Assembly: GCA_963779755.1 (NCBI GenBank)
Contig: CAVZZO010000001.1
Span: 636,044-700,043 of the forward strand
Direction of reading: 5' to 3'
Length of the DNA: 64,000 bases
Source: an uncultured Gemmatimonadales bacterium
Lineage (GTDB): Bacteria > Gemmatimonadota > Gemmatimonadetes > Gemmatimonadales > GWC2-71-9
Position 1 is the stretch's first letter, and every line of letters begins with the position of its first letter. A program made the position numbers and the translations under genes. This document shows, piece by piece, positions 20,719-30,828 of the stretch. Below the pieces are notes generated by a model. That model saw nothing but the letters and a program-made list of their open reading frames with translations. It was not told where the DNA came from and searched no databases.

Positions 20719-21078
20719 TCAGGGAACCGAGCGGCTCTCCTCTCGCAAGACGGCCAGGCTGGTGGAGCCGAGCGTGAACAGCGCCTCGAACCTTCCTTTC
20801 ACGCCGATCTTCGAGCCGGTGCGAGGGGGGCTGGCCTGCGCGCTCAGGACCGGCAGGGTGCCCGTCGCGTCCCGGACCTGATAAGCACCGAGCCCGAACC
20901 CTCCTGCCGCCTCCCGCACCTCCCCCTCGATGCGCACGGTCTTCCCATCGTAGCGTGCCGCGTTGTCGAGCAGATCGCCGATCGGCGTCACCGAAGCACA
21001 TCCGGCGAGTAGGGCGAGGGTACCAGCCGACAGCACCAGGGGAATCAATCGACGGAGGCGGTGGAGAGCAGTAGACAT
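20719..21078 (-). CDS. Lipoprotein, possible OB-fold (BOF-like) protein
   Basis: Start trimmed to MSTALHRLRR, with AGGAG upstream. Lipobox LLAGCAS. The short beta-rich body contains KTVRIEGEV. Confidence 0.6.
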   Translation of the reverse strand: MSTALHRLRRLIPLVLSAGTLALLAGCASVTPIGDLLDNAARYDGKTVRIEGEVREAAGGFGLGAYQVRDATGTLPVLSAQASPPRTGSKIGVKGRFEALFTLGSTSLAVLREESRSVP

Positions 21079-21442
21079 AGTCTGCTCCTGACGGGAATCT
21101 CGTTGTCTCGCGGATGGGGTAAGCCGAATATGGCGTCGCGTGGGTTCGCAGCCAGAGGCCACCATGGACCCACAAGCCGGTACGTCCGTCTACTGCCCAA
21201 GCTAACCTGCCGCCCCGGAGTGAAGCGTAGGGGTGGTCAGGTTCATCGCCTTGTTGGGCGGTATGAAGCCGTGGCCGCCAGCACTGAAGTTGTGGGCTTC
21301 GCGATGGCTGACCGCCGCCCATTTTCTGGGAACCCGCGCTCGGAAGCCGGGCCGCCGGCCGGGCCAGCGGCTGAAGGGTTGGAGCTGAAGATATGGTTTC
21401 GGCCCCTTCGCTGCGCTCACGGCGATAACGTGCGTCCGGCGC

Positions 21443-22258
21443 TCACCGCTCACCGTCCAGGGGCGTGAAGCCCCGGTGCCCCACATGGAGGGAGACCGTC
21501 TTGCGGCGGGGAGATCCTCGTCCGGCTCGTCCCGCCCCTCGCGTTTCGCTCGAGGCAGGCTTCCCGTCTTCCCGCCTTCCCGTCTTCCCGCCTCTTTGCT
21601 GTCGGAGCAGCATCGCTGCGAGGACCGCGTACCAGAGGTTGGTGGCGTACTGGGACGCGCGCTCGCTCGCGCCCATCCACGGCGTCGCTTGATTCACCAT
21701 CACGGCGGAGACGTACGAAAATCCGATGACCGCGAACACGGACGTGAAGAGGATGGTGGAAACGGTGTACACGCGGAACCAGCCCCGGTAGGCGACGGCA
21801 CCCAGCACCACCGCCGTCAGCAGGAAGGGATCGATCGCCAGCAGCCCGTGCATCAGGTCCGTGAACGTGGGCTGCGTCCCCCGCATGTGCATCGGGAAGA
21901 AGTTCCAGAGCACCAGCGCGTCGAGCGCGTTCAGCGCCATCATCACGGCCATCACCCGAACCAGCCGCCGGCCGTTGGCCGACCTCCAGATCCCGATGGC
22001 AAAGAGCAGCAGCAGGGTGCTCGACAGGCTGAACAGCGCCACCACGAGCCGGCTGGTGGGCGCCCCGATCGCGAAGAGCTCGCTCACCGCCTGGTCCCGG
22101 TAGCTGAACCCGGGATAGAGACGCGCCGCGACGATGTCTGCCAGGGGGTAGAGCGCCGCGGCCACCATCCCGCATACCAGTAGCCAGCGCCGGAGCGAGG
22201 CGCCGGGCACCCCGGTTGACGCTGCTCTGCCGGGAGATTGCGTGCTTGCGCTGGTCAT
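21443..22258 (-). CDS. DUF998-like integral membrane protein
   Basis: Only the C-terminal 271 aa of the 619-aa track ORF look real. They start at [10 protein letters not shown] and contain about 6 hydrophobic helices. The upstream part is low-complexity Arg/Pro read-through. Confidence 0.7.
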   Translation of the reverse strand: MTSASTQSPGRAASTGVPGASLRRWLLVCGMVAAALYPLADIVAARLYPGFSYRDQAVSELFAIGAPTSRLVVALFSLSSTLLLLFAIGIWRSANGRRLVRVMAVMMALNALDALVLWNFFPMHMRGTQPTFTDLMHGLLAIDPFLLTAVVLGAVAYRGWFRVYTVSTILFTSVFAVIGFSYVSAVMVNQATPWMGASERASQYATNLWYAVLAAMLLRQQRGGKTGRREDGKPASSETRGAGRAGRGSPRRKTVSLHVGHRGFTPLDGER

Positions 22259-22620
22259 TGGGCAGTTCCTCTCCTGGAAGCTGCCGGCATCCGGCGCAAG
22301 ACGTCGTGAGGCTGACGTGAAGAAAGCGCGACCGGGCCTCAGGCGCGCTTCATGACTGTCGATCTTTGGTCTCAGTCGTCTTGGCGGCTGGCCCCGGGGC
22401 AGCTTTGGCGCCTTGCAGCGCAGGGCGATGCTCCCCCCCCGGTGCGGGAGGCCGCCATGGGCCTTCGTTACCGGTTCATCGTGCCGTCCGACGCCCCGGT
22501 TCAGCGGCAGGCCGCGACCTGGCTTGAGCCGAACCCCGGAGGGCAAGCTCCATGGAGGTCGTTCCCTCAATTGGATTGGGGCGATAGGCGGGGATGACCT
22601 GAAACCCCAGGCTTTGGAGC

Positions 22621-24342
22621 TCAGCGTCTGACGCGGGCCGGCGCCGCCGGCCGAATCCGGTAGAGGTGAAGGCGCCAGAACGACGTCGGGCTTTCGAATA
22701 CCCCCATCGGGACGAGACCGAGTGCCGGCGCGTTCCTGATCGCCGCCGCCGAAATCAGGTAGCCAGCGCCCATCTCGCGAAGCGCCCCGGTATTGATCTG
22801 CAATTCCTGGATCGGCCGGACGCTGTTCTTCGGCATCAACAGGCTCCGCAGTTCGGATGAAAAAACGTAGACCCGGCTTCCCCAGTCGTCGTAGTACTGC
22901 CGCAGCCTCGCGCTCCGGGCCAGTTCGCCGGCGATTACCGCCCGGAACCGGTGCTTGTAGGCGAGCGGGTAGTTGCTCTGGTAGCTGTCCAGCGTGTAGA
23001 AGCCGTTGAACTGGGCGATCGCGGGGTGAAGGCCGACCGACACCACCCGGTACTCGGACTGGGGCCGGCCGATCGTGGAGTCGATCCGCGCGAACAGCCC
23101 GGGGGCGAAGAACTGCCGGAACGTCGGCATGCCCGGGCACGCGAGGCCCACGTTGCAGACGAACTCGTCGCTTCGGCGGAGGGCATCGGCCGCCACGACG
23201 ATGCATGTCAGCCCGACCAATGCCAGGCCGGCGCGGCCGTGGCGGCGCAGCGCCCGGGCCGCCGCCCCGAGCAGGACGAACCAGAGCACCGGAAGCAGCC
23301 AATAGAACCGCTCGTGCACCAGCCGGGCGGCCGGTACGATGCGGCCCAGCCGGGGAATGACGACCGGCTCATAGACGGCATACGTCACCACGATCAGCAG
23401 GATCGCGGCGCCGAGCGCGGTCATCAGGCGGAGGGTCCGGGCCGAGCGGGACCATGCCGCCGCGATGGCGGCGCAAACGATGATGGGGATAGTCGTGAAG
23501 GCCCCGGTGTGATATTGCGTCGCGCTCAGGAGCGACCACGCACGGTTTGCCAGTCCGTGCAGGCTCGCATCCCGGAACCCCGCCAGCCGGAACTCTACGC
23601 GGTGGCTGACGAAGCTTCCGCTGAGGAACCCCTGAATCAGCGGCTCCGCCGTCGCGACGTACCCCGCGGCGAGTACCACGCATGCTGCCCAGTATCGCGC
23701 GGGGAGCGTGCGTCCGGTCGCGATCCACCACGCACCGAGGAGTCCTGCCGCTACCACGATGAACAGGCCCGACAGCACGAGCTGCGAGTAGAAAGGCACG
23801 CCGATCAGGATCGCCCAGTCAAACCAGCGGGATCGGTTCTTCCCTATGTTCAACAGCGCGAAAAGCAACAGGGGCTGGCCGGCCACGGAGAGCCCGTAGA
23901 GTGTGTAGAACGGCACGACGGCGAAGGCGGTCGCAAGGAGCAGCGGCTCCGGCCGGTTCCGTCCCGGGAGTACGTGGCGGCGGAGCAGCAGGTACATGCC
24001 GGCGAACGCCGTGAGATGGACCGTGACATAGTTCGCGACGAACGCCCGAAACGGCGGGAGGGCCGCAAACCACCAGGCCGTCGCGTCGAACCCGGAGCGG
24101 AGCGCCCTGCGAGGGAGGCCGTTCATGACCTGCGGCAGGACGGCGTTGCCGTGGAACAGCGTGCCGGTCCTCGCGAGCAGGACCAGATAGAGGAATTCGC
24201 CGTCCAGTTGATCGTGCACCGTCACCACGGCGTCCCAGCCGCGGAGCAGGAGGGGCAGCAGGGCCGCCAGCAGCAGGGCCGTACAGGCGATCGCCAGCAG
24301 ATGGTATGCAGTGCGGGACGGCAGCGCAGCGGGCTTGTCCAT
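22621..24342 (-). CDS. Large polytopic membrane protein (function unknown; glycosyltransferase-39/DUF6044-like architecture)
   Basis: 573 aa with more than 10 predicted TM helices in the N-terminal two-thirds and a soluble C-terminal domain. Confidence 0.65.
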   Translation of the reverse strand: MDKPAALPSRTAYHLLAIACTALLLAALLPLLLRGWDAVVTVHDQLDGEFLYLVLLARTGTLFHGNAVLPQVMNGLPRRALRSGFDATAWWFAALPPFRAFVANYVTVHLTAFAGMYLLLRRHVLPGRNRPEPLLLATAFAVVPFYTLYGLSVAGQPLLLFALLNIGKNRSRWFDWAILIGVPFYSQLVLSGLFIVVAAGLLGAWWIATGRTLPARYWAACVVLAAGYVATAEPLIQGFLSGSFVSHRVEFRLAGFRDASLHGLANRAWSLLSATQYHTGAFTTIPIIVCAAIAAAWSRSARTLRLMTALGAAILLIVVTYAVYEPVVIPRLGRIVPAARLVHERFYWLLPVLWFVLLGAAARALRRHGRAGLALVGLTCIVVAADALRRSDEFVCNVGLACPGMPTFRQFFAPGLFARIDSTIGRPQSEYRVVSVGLHPAIAQFNGFYTLDSYQSNYPLAYKHRFRAVIAGELARSARLRQYYDDWGSRVYVFSSELRSLLMPKNSVRPIQELQINTGALREMGAGYLISAAAIRNAPALGLVPMGVFESPTSFWRLHLYRIRPAAPARVRR

Positions 24343-24407
24343 GACTTCCTGCTTTTCCGGGCCTGACGTGACGGGGCCTCAAGAGATGAGGGTCGCCCCC
24401 GGTCCGG

Positions 24408-25868
24408 TCATTGGATGTACTGAGCACCAGTTCGTCCCGAAGCGAGCCTCGGTTGAGCACCGGGATCAAGCACAAGACTCGGGAAGAGCCCGGCGTTGGT
24501 GACGGGGTCGACCACGCGGTGCCGCCAGCTTGCTGCGACATCACAATTGGCGGCGCATGTCGCCAACGCCAGCCCGCCCGCCTGGCCGGCATAGGCGATA
24601 GCCATACGCCCGCCAGGATGACGTGCCTCCGAAACACCAACACCGTTCCCCGACGGATCCACCTCTGCGGAGGTCCAACTCGCCGACTGGAGGCAATTGG
24701 ATTCGCACGTCGCGTAGCGGAGGCCGGACGATCCGCTGTAGTATGCGTGATGCAGCACGCCGGAGGCATCGAGTTGGAGGTCGCTCCCCGAGCCTGGCAT
24801 CGCTTCGGTCGCCAGCGTGACGGACTGCCAATTGGCAGTAGTGGTGCAGCTCGACGAGCAGGCCGCGTACTTTATCAGGCTAGCACCTGTGCTGCCTGCC
24901 TGGCCGCGATATGCTGCGTGCACCTCTCCGGAAGGACTCACGGCGACTGCGACATCCTGCATGTTGAGGAGCCCCTCCGGCAGCGTACCATTGGTCCAGC
25001 CTCCTGGGAGAGTGCAGCCGGTGGCACAGCTGGCGTAGTGGAGTTTGCCGTCGCCCCAATTCGAGTAGAGAGCATGCGCGGCACCGCCGCTGTCGACTGC
25101 GATTGATGCGAACATGCCGCTCCTGGAGCCTGAGTCTACTACGGTATGGAACCAGTTTGCCGCCAGACCGCAGTTCGCGGAACAGGTGGCATATCGGAGG
25201 TCTGTGCTGGCGTCCGCGGAGTAGACGACGTGGAGGCGTCGAGACTGATCAAGGACGGCGCTGACGGCATTGCCCGCGGCAGAATCGTCGATGATCAGCG
25301 TCTGCCAGGAATCGGGCGCACCGCAAGCGGTGGTGCAGGTGCTGTAGTAGAGTATCCCCCCGGTTGGATCAAGCGTTACGAGGTGAGCCCGCCCGGCACC
25401 GTCCAGTACCAGACGCTGAATCGCAGCTTGGGAGAGGGGTACGATTGATATCGGGCTGGAGGTTCTCGTCGTGAAGCTGCTCTGGAACCCAGTGAGTGGC
25501 GTGCCCGTGGTTGCTCTGATGGCGGCGGTAGCCGACACTTCGTAAGTCGTTCCAGGAAGGAGGGGGGCATCGAGTGTGACGGACCGCCGACCATCGGCCA
25601 CGTTGAGGGCGGTGGGGAGCGCGTTCCCCGCTTGAGTGATGGCCAGGCTCGAGCTGGTCACCGTGGTTGGGTCCAGAGAATCGCTGAAATAGACCGTGAT
25701 TGTCGGCCAGAGTGCTGCGACGGTGCCGGGTGTGGGGCGGACGGAATCGACAGTGAGTGTTCCGCCGCTGGGGGGAGAGGGAGGAGCGGTACCGCTGTCG
25801 CCGCAGGCTGCCAGGAGAATCGCAAGCACTGCCAGCCCGACGCCGTACTCTATCGCAGCGGATCGCAA
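24408..25868 (-). CDS. Lipoprotein with N-terminal Ig-like domain and six Cys-pair repeats
   Basis: Lipobox LLAACG. It has an SbsA-Ig-like segment, then six repeats of Y(A/S)(T/S/A)C-x3-C-x4-5-W (for example LRYATCSANCGLAANW and IKYAACSSSCTTTANW). Confidence 0.75.
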   Translation of the reverse strand: MRSAAIEYGVGLAVLAILLAACGDSGTAPPSPPSGGTLTVDSVRPTPGTVAALWPTITVYFSDSLDPTTVTSSSLAITQAGNALPTALNVADGRRSVTLDAPLLPGTTYEVSATAAIRATTGTPLTGFQSSFTTRTSSPISIVPLSQAAIQRLVLDGAGRAHLVTLDPTGGILYYSTCTTACGAPDSWQTLIIDDSAAGNAVSAVLDQSRRLHVVYSADASTDLRYATCSANCGLAANWFHTVVDSGSRSGMFASIAVDSGGAAHALYSNWGDGKLHYASCATGCTLPGGWTNGTLPEGLLNMQDVAVAVSPSGEVHAAYRGQAGSTGASLIKYAACSSSCTTTANWQSVTLATEAMPGSGSDLQLDASGVLHHAYYSGSSGLRYATCESNCLQSASWTSAEVDPSGNGVGVSEARHPGGRMAIAYAGQAGGLALATCAANCDVAASWRHRVVDPVTNAGLFPSLVLDPGAQPRLASGRTGAQYIQ

Positions 25869-26013
25869 TGGTTACCTCCAGGAAGTCCGTTCTGGAGAAC
25901 GGGTAGGCCCGCCGAACGTCATCAGCATCAGTTGCGAGACGCTCACGCGTACCGAAATTGTAGTGGCAGAGTGGCGCCTCGATAACTGCATCCGATGGTC
26001 AGCCAGCATCTCG

Positions 26014-26577
26014 CTAACGCCTCTCCAGGTACCCTCTGCCTTCGAATATCGCCGCTATCGCCTTTTCGATTCGTGCTACCCGCGTCGCCGACTGCTTGGC
26101 CGCGGCGAAGTGATAGAGGTAGCTCCTCTGCCGTCCCGGCGTCAGCGCCTCGAAGGCGCGCTTGAAACGCGGGTCCCTTCGGAACCGCTCGGTCAGTTCC
26201 TCGGGAACCGGAAAATCCGAGGTCTCCTTCCGCTCCATGCGCAGCCCGGCCTTCTCGACTGCGATGGCCTGGCGCACGTAGGCCTTGATGGTCGCCGCCT
26301 TCGCCGTGATGTCCTTCGCGCTAGTGAACTTCATCACCCGCCCGGCGTGCACCTGACCGAGCTGCACCAGCACCTTCTTGGGGTCCTTCAGCAGGGCGCC
26401 TTGAAAGAAGCCCAACCCGAGGTACTCCTTGAAGCCCTGTATGATGACGATGTTCTTCCCATCCACCGTGTAGGTGGGTTTACCCCACTTACACTCCTCT
26501 TTCATCGCAAGGCCGGCGAGCACCCGCCGCATCTCGGCAATCTCCGCCTCCCACCGCTCTCGATATGCCATCTTCAT
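26014..26577 (-). CDS. YdeI/DUF1801-family protein
   Basis: Start trimmed to MKMAYRERW. ECKWGKPTYTVDGKNIVIIQGFKEY and the C-terminal RQRSYLYHFAAAKQSATRVARIEK are typical of the family. Confidence 0.8.
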   Translation of the reverse strand: MKMAYRERWEAEIAEMRRVLAGLAMKEECKWGKPTYTVDGKNIVIIQGFKEYLGLGFFQGALLKDPKKVLVQLGQVHAGRVMKFTSAKDITAKAATIKAYVRQAIAVEKAGLRMERKETSDFPVPEELTERFRRDPRFKRAFEALTPGRQRSYLYHFAAAKQSATRVARIEKAIAAIFEGRGYLERR

Positions 26578-26767
26578 GCCAGCACCTCTTCCGGTAGCTT
26601 GGACAGCTTTATCGCCCTCGCGCTTTCCCATGGCCATGTCCGCATCGTGCACAACCCGAGATCCGTCGTCGATCGTGATCGGGGATGCAGGCATTCCCGA
26701 CTTACACCACGGGCTGAGGAGAGCGGCCGCTCTGTTTGCTGCGCGCATGAGTGTCGACTCGCCGTCT

Positions 26768-26800
26768 GGCTAACGGCCTGCGTTTCAGCCGCGGCGGCGC
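26768..26800 (-). other. Half attC (core-side arm only)
   Basis: GGCTAACGGCCTGCGTTTCAGCCGCGGCGGCGC matches the left arm of the 140-bp attC family (GCCTAACGGTCTGCGTTTCAGCGGCGGCGCG). No partner arm or GTTAG was found to the right. Confidence 0.3.
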
Positions 26801-27070
26801 CGGAGCCCACCACCGCCGGCACGGCGCCTTGGCCGCCGGCCCCGGCACCTGGGCGGCGCGGGGTGGGGCTCAAAGCCCGGGTCCGCCGCGGGCGTCGTTT
26901 CCGGTCCGATTCGCGCCCCCCGCCAGCAGCGGAGGCCGGCCGGCCGGAGCTTTTGGTGAGCTTACTGCGGGGAGCCTGGGGTCGCTAGAGGGAAGCTGGC
27001 CCGGGGCAAAAACCTGGAGGCCGTTCCGGAGTCTCCCAAGAATCGGCGCGCGGAACCCGGTGGCTCGTGT

Positions 27071-27202
27071 GGCTAACAGGTATTGGACCTGCGTACCCAT
27101 CCCACTGAACCGCCGACCGACTAGAAATTATCTTACGGTCCGCAGCCTGATTCCACAACATCGCCGCGGAGGCTCGCCCAGGAGATCTGCCGGGCTCCGA
27201 AG
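27071..27202 (-). other. Relic B: intI 3' end (..[11 protein letters not shown]) plus attI-like sequence ending in GTTAGCC
   Basis: It aligns base-for-base with 54675..54800 (TTGGACCTGCGTACC...GAAATTATCTTACGGTCCGCAG..ATTCCACAACATC). The intI coding remnant is cut off by a GTCA..CTGA-type hairpin repeat at about 27203. Confidence 0.55.
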
Positions 27203-27295
27203 CGGCCGAAACTGAAGGCACGGTTCCGGCTCCTTCGCTCCGTTCAGGATGACAGCCCGTGCATCTTCCCGCCTTCCCGCACGACTAGCCCGCAC

Positions 27296-29416
27296 TCATG
27301 GACGGTAGGCCCGCTCGATGTGCCCCTGGAGTTCGGCCAGCGTCATCCAGGCTGGCCGCATTTCCCCGCGGGCGAACATCGGGGCCTGATCCCTGAAGTG
27401 GGGCGAGCCGGGATGGCCGGATGCGCCGAAGACATGGACGGCACGGGCGCGCACCGGCCTGCCCAGCTCGACCACGCTGATGTAGCTGGCCCCGGCCACG
27501 CCGAATGACTGCCGCCCTTCGCCGGCCGGCTTGGTGTACATGGTGAAGATGGCGCCGTAGTCTCCCGGGACCGCCGGTACCGCCACGCTGGGGCGGTCGT
27601 CCCGGAAGTCGGCCAGGGTGTCGAGGTCGTTGATGCGCTGGAGCCGGGTGATCCGTCCCCACGGTACCTGCCACGTGCCCCGGGTGCGTGCCAGGCCGGC
27701 CAGCGCCGAATCGAGGGCCGCAACCTGGTATGCCGGATCGTCCTGTTGCGACCCCGGGAGGTCCCCGATGGCCCGGATCCAGTAGACGAACAGGGTGGTG
27801 GCCACCGAGGCAGTGTCGGCCCGGTGATCCCAGGCCGCCAGCAGTTCCAGCGCCGCTCGGCGCGCCGCTGGCCCGCCGTCCTGGCGGCGCGCCTCGCTCA
27901 GCAGCGGCTCCAGCACTCCGTCGGCCAGGCTCAACCGGGTATCGAACGCGGCACGGTTCCAGGCCTCCCAGGTGAACGACGAGTCTGCCGCCAGGAGGCG
28001 CCGAGCGGCCAGGCCGCGGGGGTTGTCGCCCTCGGGCACCATGTAGGGCGGGAACGTTGAGGAATCGGGGTTGCCCCGGTCGGTGAGCAGGAAGGGCGTG
28101 GTGTTGTTGTTCTGCATCCAGCCTGAGGGCGGGTCGAGCAGCTGGGGCAGCTCGTCGATGCCGTGGTAGCCCCGCCACTCGGTGGCCGGGTCGGACCCGT
28201 CCACCGGGCGCTGCCAGTCGAAGCGGGGATCGCGCCTGGGCACGGCGCCGTTGTAGAGGTACCAGATGTGTCCCGCGGTATCGGCTCCCATCACGTTGCC
28301 GAACAGCATGGCGAGCGGCGCCATGGCCTGCCGCAGCTCCGCCATGCTCCGCGCCCGGGTCATCCGGTACCACTCCGCCAGCCACCCCGGTTCATCGAAG
28401 CGCGCCATCCGGAGCGCCAGGGGATGGCCGTTGCGCACCGCGACCAGGGGACCGTGATGGGTGCGCCGGAAGGTCACCACCCGGGGCACCAGGCCGTGAC
28501 CGATCCGTACCAGCAGAGTATCCCGCCATTCGATGGCGGTGCGATGTTCCCTGTCGTAGCGGTAGCGCAGCGGGTAGCGCGGGTCGTCGAAGGTCTCCGA
28601 CCAGAGATCGGCCTGGTCGGCGGCGTTGTCGGTGCTCACCCAGCCGATCGCCTCGCTGTGCCCCACGTAGGGGAAGGGAAACCCGAACCGGGTATAGCCG
28701 GTGAAGTTCCAGCCGCTGGCGCTGCGGACCTGGCCCTCGTAGACCTGGCCCGGGCCGAAGTAGGGCAGGTGCGGGTTGATGAGCAGCATCGCGTGGCCGG
28801 TGGCACTCCGGGAGGGCGCGATGACGAACCCGTTGGAGCCGGTGTTGCGGCGGAGGGCGGTGTCGCGGGCGACGGCCAGCTCACTCTGGCGCAGGCCGGC
28901 GGCGTAGACGAACCCGGTCTGGTAGTAGAGGTAGCGGATCAGGGCCAGCGGATACCAGGGCTCGATGCGATGCAGGAGGCGTGGAGCCTCGGGGTGCTGC
29001 TGCAGCCAGCGGTTGATGCCGGCGGCGAAGCCGTCCACCAGCGCCCGCTCATGCGGGGCCAGCCTGCGATACTCGGCCTGGGCCGTCTGCGGAACGCGCA
29101 GCAGGTGGTTCAACCGGTCGTCGGCGAAGCCGGCCCCGCCGTCCACCTCCGCCCGGCGACCGATGGCCCGGATGTAGTTGTCCTCCAGCCGGGCGAAGTT
29201 GTCCTCGGCCTGGGCATAGCCGAAGCCGAATGTCGCCGCCTCATCGGACTCCCCGAAGACGTGCGGGACGCCGTAGCTGTCGCGATAGATGGTGACGCTG
29301 TCGGCGAGGGTGCGGCCTTCACCGCCGGCGGGCGCCGCGCCGGTGGCCCATACTCCGAGGAAGAGGAGCAGGGTGACGGGGATCGGTCGTGCGAACGCGG
29401 GGCGGGAATGATCCAT
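27296..29416 (-). CDS. Penicillin acylase family protein (Ntn hydrolase; possibly acyl-homoserine-lactone acylase)
   Basis: 706 aa with a signal peptide. RDSYGVPHVFGESDEAATFGFGYAQAEDN and the SNGFVIAPSRS nucleophile region are present. Confidence 0.9.
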   Translation of the reverse strand: MDHSRPAFARPIPVTLLLFLGVWATGAAPAGGEGRTLADSVTIYRDSYGVPHVFGESDEAATFGFGYAQAEDNFARLEDNYIRAIGRRAEVDGGAGFADDRLNHLLRVPQTAQAEYRRLAPHERALVDGFAAGINRWLQQHPEAPRLLHRIEPWYPLALIRYLYYQTGFVYAAGLRQSELAVARDTALRRNTGSNGFVIAPSRSATGHAMLLINPHLPYFGPGQVYEGQVRSASGWNFTGYTRFGFPFPYVGHSEAIGWVSTDNAADQADLWSETFDDPRYPLRYRYDREHRTAIEWRDTLLVRIGHGLVPRVVTFRRTHHGPLVAVRNGHPLALRMARFDEPGWLAEWYRMTRARSMAELRQAMAPLAMLFGNVMGADTAGHIWYLYNGAVPRRDPRFDWQRPVDGSDPATEWRGYHGIDELPQLLDPPSGWMQNNNTTPFLLTDRGNPDSSTFPPYMVPEGDNPRGLAARRLLAADSSFTWEAWNRAAFDTRLSLADGVLEPLLSEARRQDGGPAARRAALELLAAWDHRADTASVATTLFVYWIRAIGDLPGSQQDDPAYQVAALDSALAGLARTRGTWQVPWGRITRLQRINDLDTLADFRDDRPSVAVPAVPGDYGAIFTMYTKPAGEGRQSFGVAGASYISVVELGRPVRARAVHVFGASGHPGSPHFRDQAPMFARGEMRPAWMTLAELQGHIERAYRP

Positions 29417-29539
29417 AGCGGAATACCCCGAGGGAAGGCGGATGGGTCGGGAGGATCATAACACAGACTGGAGCGGTCCGTCATTGGCGAGGGCGCTGAG
29501 CGCCCGAGGCAATCCCCCGGCCTCCTGACGTCCCATCAT

Positions 29540-29714
29540 CAGGGATCCACAGATTACGCAGATTGACTCCGATTGCCGGCACGGCTCCTTGGGTTGTCCC
29601 CGTCCCCCCAACAAACAGAATTCTGTTTTCTTCCGGGTGCCCGGCAAAGCTTGGCGGAGGCTACGGGTCACCGGAGCATCATCTGTGTAATCTGTGTAAT
29701 CTGTGGATCCCTGA
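29540..29714. repeat. MITE-like element, GGATCCACAGATTACGCAGATT ... AATCTGTGTAATCTGTGGATCC
   Basis: About 175 bp with clear terminal inverted repeats and a central AATTC palindrome region, as in the 59.7-kb copies. Confidence 0.6.
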
Positions 29715-29851
29715 TAAGAGCCATCCGCGCGCCCGGGCTCCTGGCGCAACCCAACTGACCTAACCCCCTGTCCCCTTCCCTGTTGGGAAGGGGGAACCGG
29801 CGCCGGAAACCCCGTCGTCCCAACCCGCGAGCGGGTGAGGGCCGCCGGTCG

Positions 29852-30694
29852 CTAGGCCTTCGGGCCTGCCAGACCCTGGGTTCGGAGCCAGTGATAGAAC
29901 TCCTCGATCCAATAGTCGCTGCTGGTACCCTGGTGACGCATCCCGAACCCGTGACCGCCCGAGCGAAAGATGTGGACCTCCGGGTTGGCGCCGGCGGCCT
30001 CCAGCGCCGTCAGGAACCGGCGGACCGGCTCGAGGGCGACGCGGTCATCCTGAGCCCAGGCAAGGAAAAGGGGCGGCAGGTGAGCCGGGATCGCCGGCAT
30101 GACCCCGAACGGGGCCCCGTACAGGAGGGCGGCGAACCTCGGGCGAGCCGCGGAATCCGGTTGGAGCACCGCGGCGCTGGCTACCATGGCCCCAGCCGAG
30201 AAACCAAGGAACCCGATGCGATCCGGGTCGACGCCCCAGGCGGCGGCATGGGCCCGCACTACCTTGAGGGCCTGGATGCCGTCCGCGATGCCATACCGGC
30301 CGGCCGTGTCCATGTCCATCGTTGGGATGCCGGACTCCCGCTTCTCGACGGTGCGGTACTTCAGGACGAAGGCCGCGATGCCACGGGCCTGGAGCCAGCG
30401 GGCCACGTCGCGGCCCTCGAGGTCGATCGCCAGAGCCACAAAGGCGCCGCCGGGGGCCACGATCACCCCGGTGCCGGTCGCCTGGCTGCGCGGGGGGAGG
30501 TAGGCCGTCACGGTCGGGGTCACCACGTTGAGGATCACGGTGCCGAGCGGGGTATGCTCGAGGGTGACCTCGCGCTGAGTCCAGTGCTCGGATCCGGGGG
30601 GGATGCCGGGCCAGAGATTGACGACCTGGGCGGAGGCGAGCGCGGGGCTGAGGAGCAGGGCCGCGGCCACAAGCGGAAGACGGATGCTGGTCAT
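29852..30694 (-). CDS. Secreted alpha/beta hydrolase (esterase, BD-FAE/xylanase-esterase-like)
   Basis: Start trimmed to MTSIRLPLVAAALLLSPALASA. Motifs VIVAPGGAF, GFSAGA nucleophile, GGHGF. Confidence 0.8.
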   Translation of the reverse strand: MTSIRLPLVAAALLLSPALASAQVVNLWPGIPPGSEHWTQREVTLEHTPLGTVILNVVTPTVTAYLPPRSQATGTGVIVAPGGAFVALAIDLEGRDVARWLQARGIAAFVLKYRTVEKRESGIPTMDMDTAGRYGIADGIQALKVVRAHAAAWGVDPDRIGFLGFSAGAMVASAAVLQPDSAARPRFAALLYGAPFGVMPAIPAHLPPLFLAWAQDDRVALEPVRRFLTALEAAGANPEVHIFRSGGHGFGMRHQGTSSDYWIEEFYHWLRTQGLAGPKA

Positions 30695-30828
30695 CGGGTT
30701 GTCGAGTCTGGCAGCAGGAGTGCGGGTGGGGACGGCATTCACGCGGGTGCAGCAGGTGCGTGCAATAGTCGCGAGGTTGCGTACTCGCCTGCGCTGCCGC
30801 CAGTCCAACCTGGGCCTCGAGTGGCCGA

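Noticed and set aside
21443-23302. The 619-aa ORF taken at face value
   Set aside because: Its N-terminal 348 aa are Arg/Pro/Gly-rich read-through overlapping the end of the next gene. Only the last 271 aa, from MTSASTQ, form a hydrophobic, protein-like sequence.
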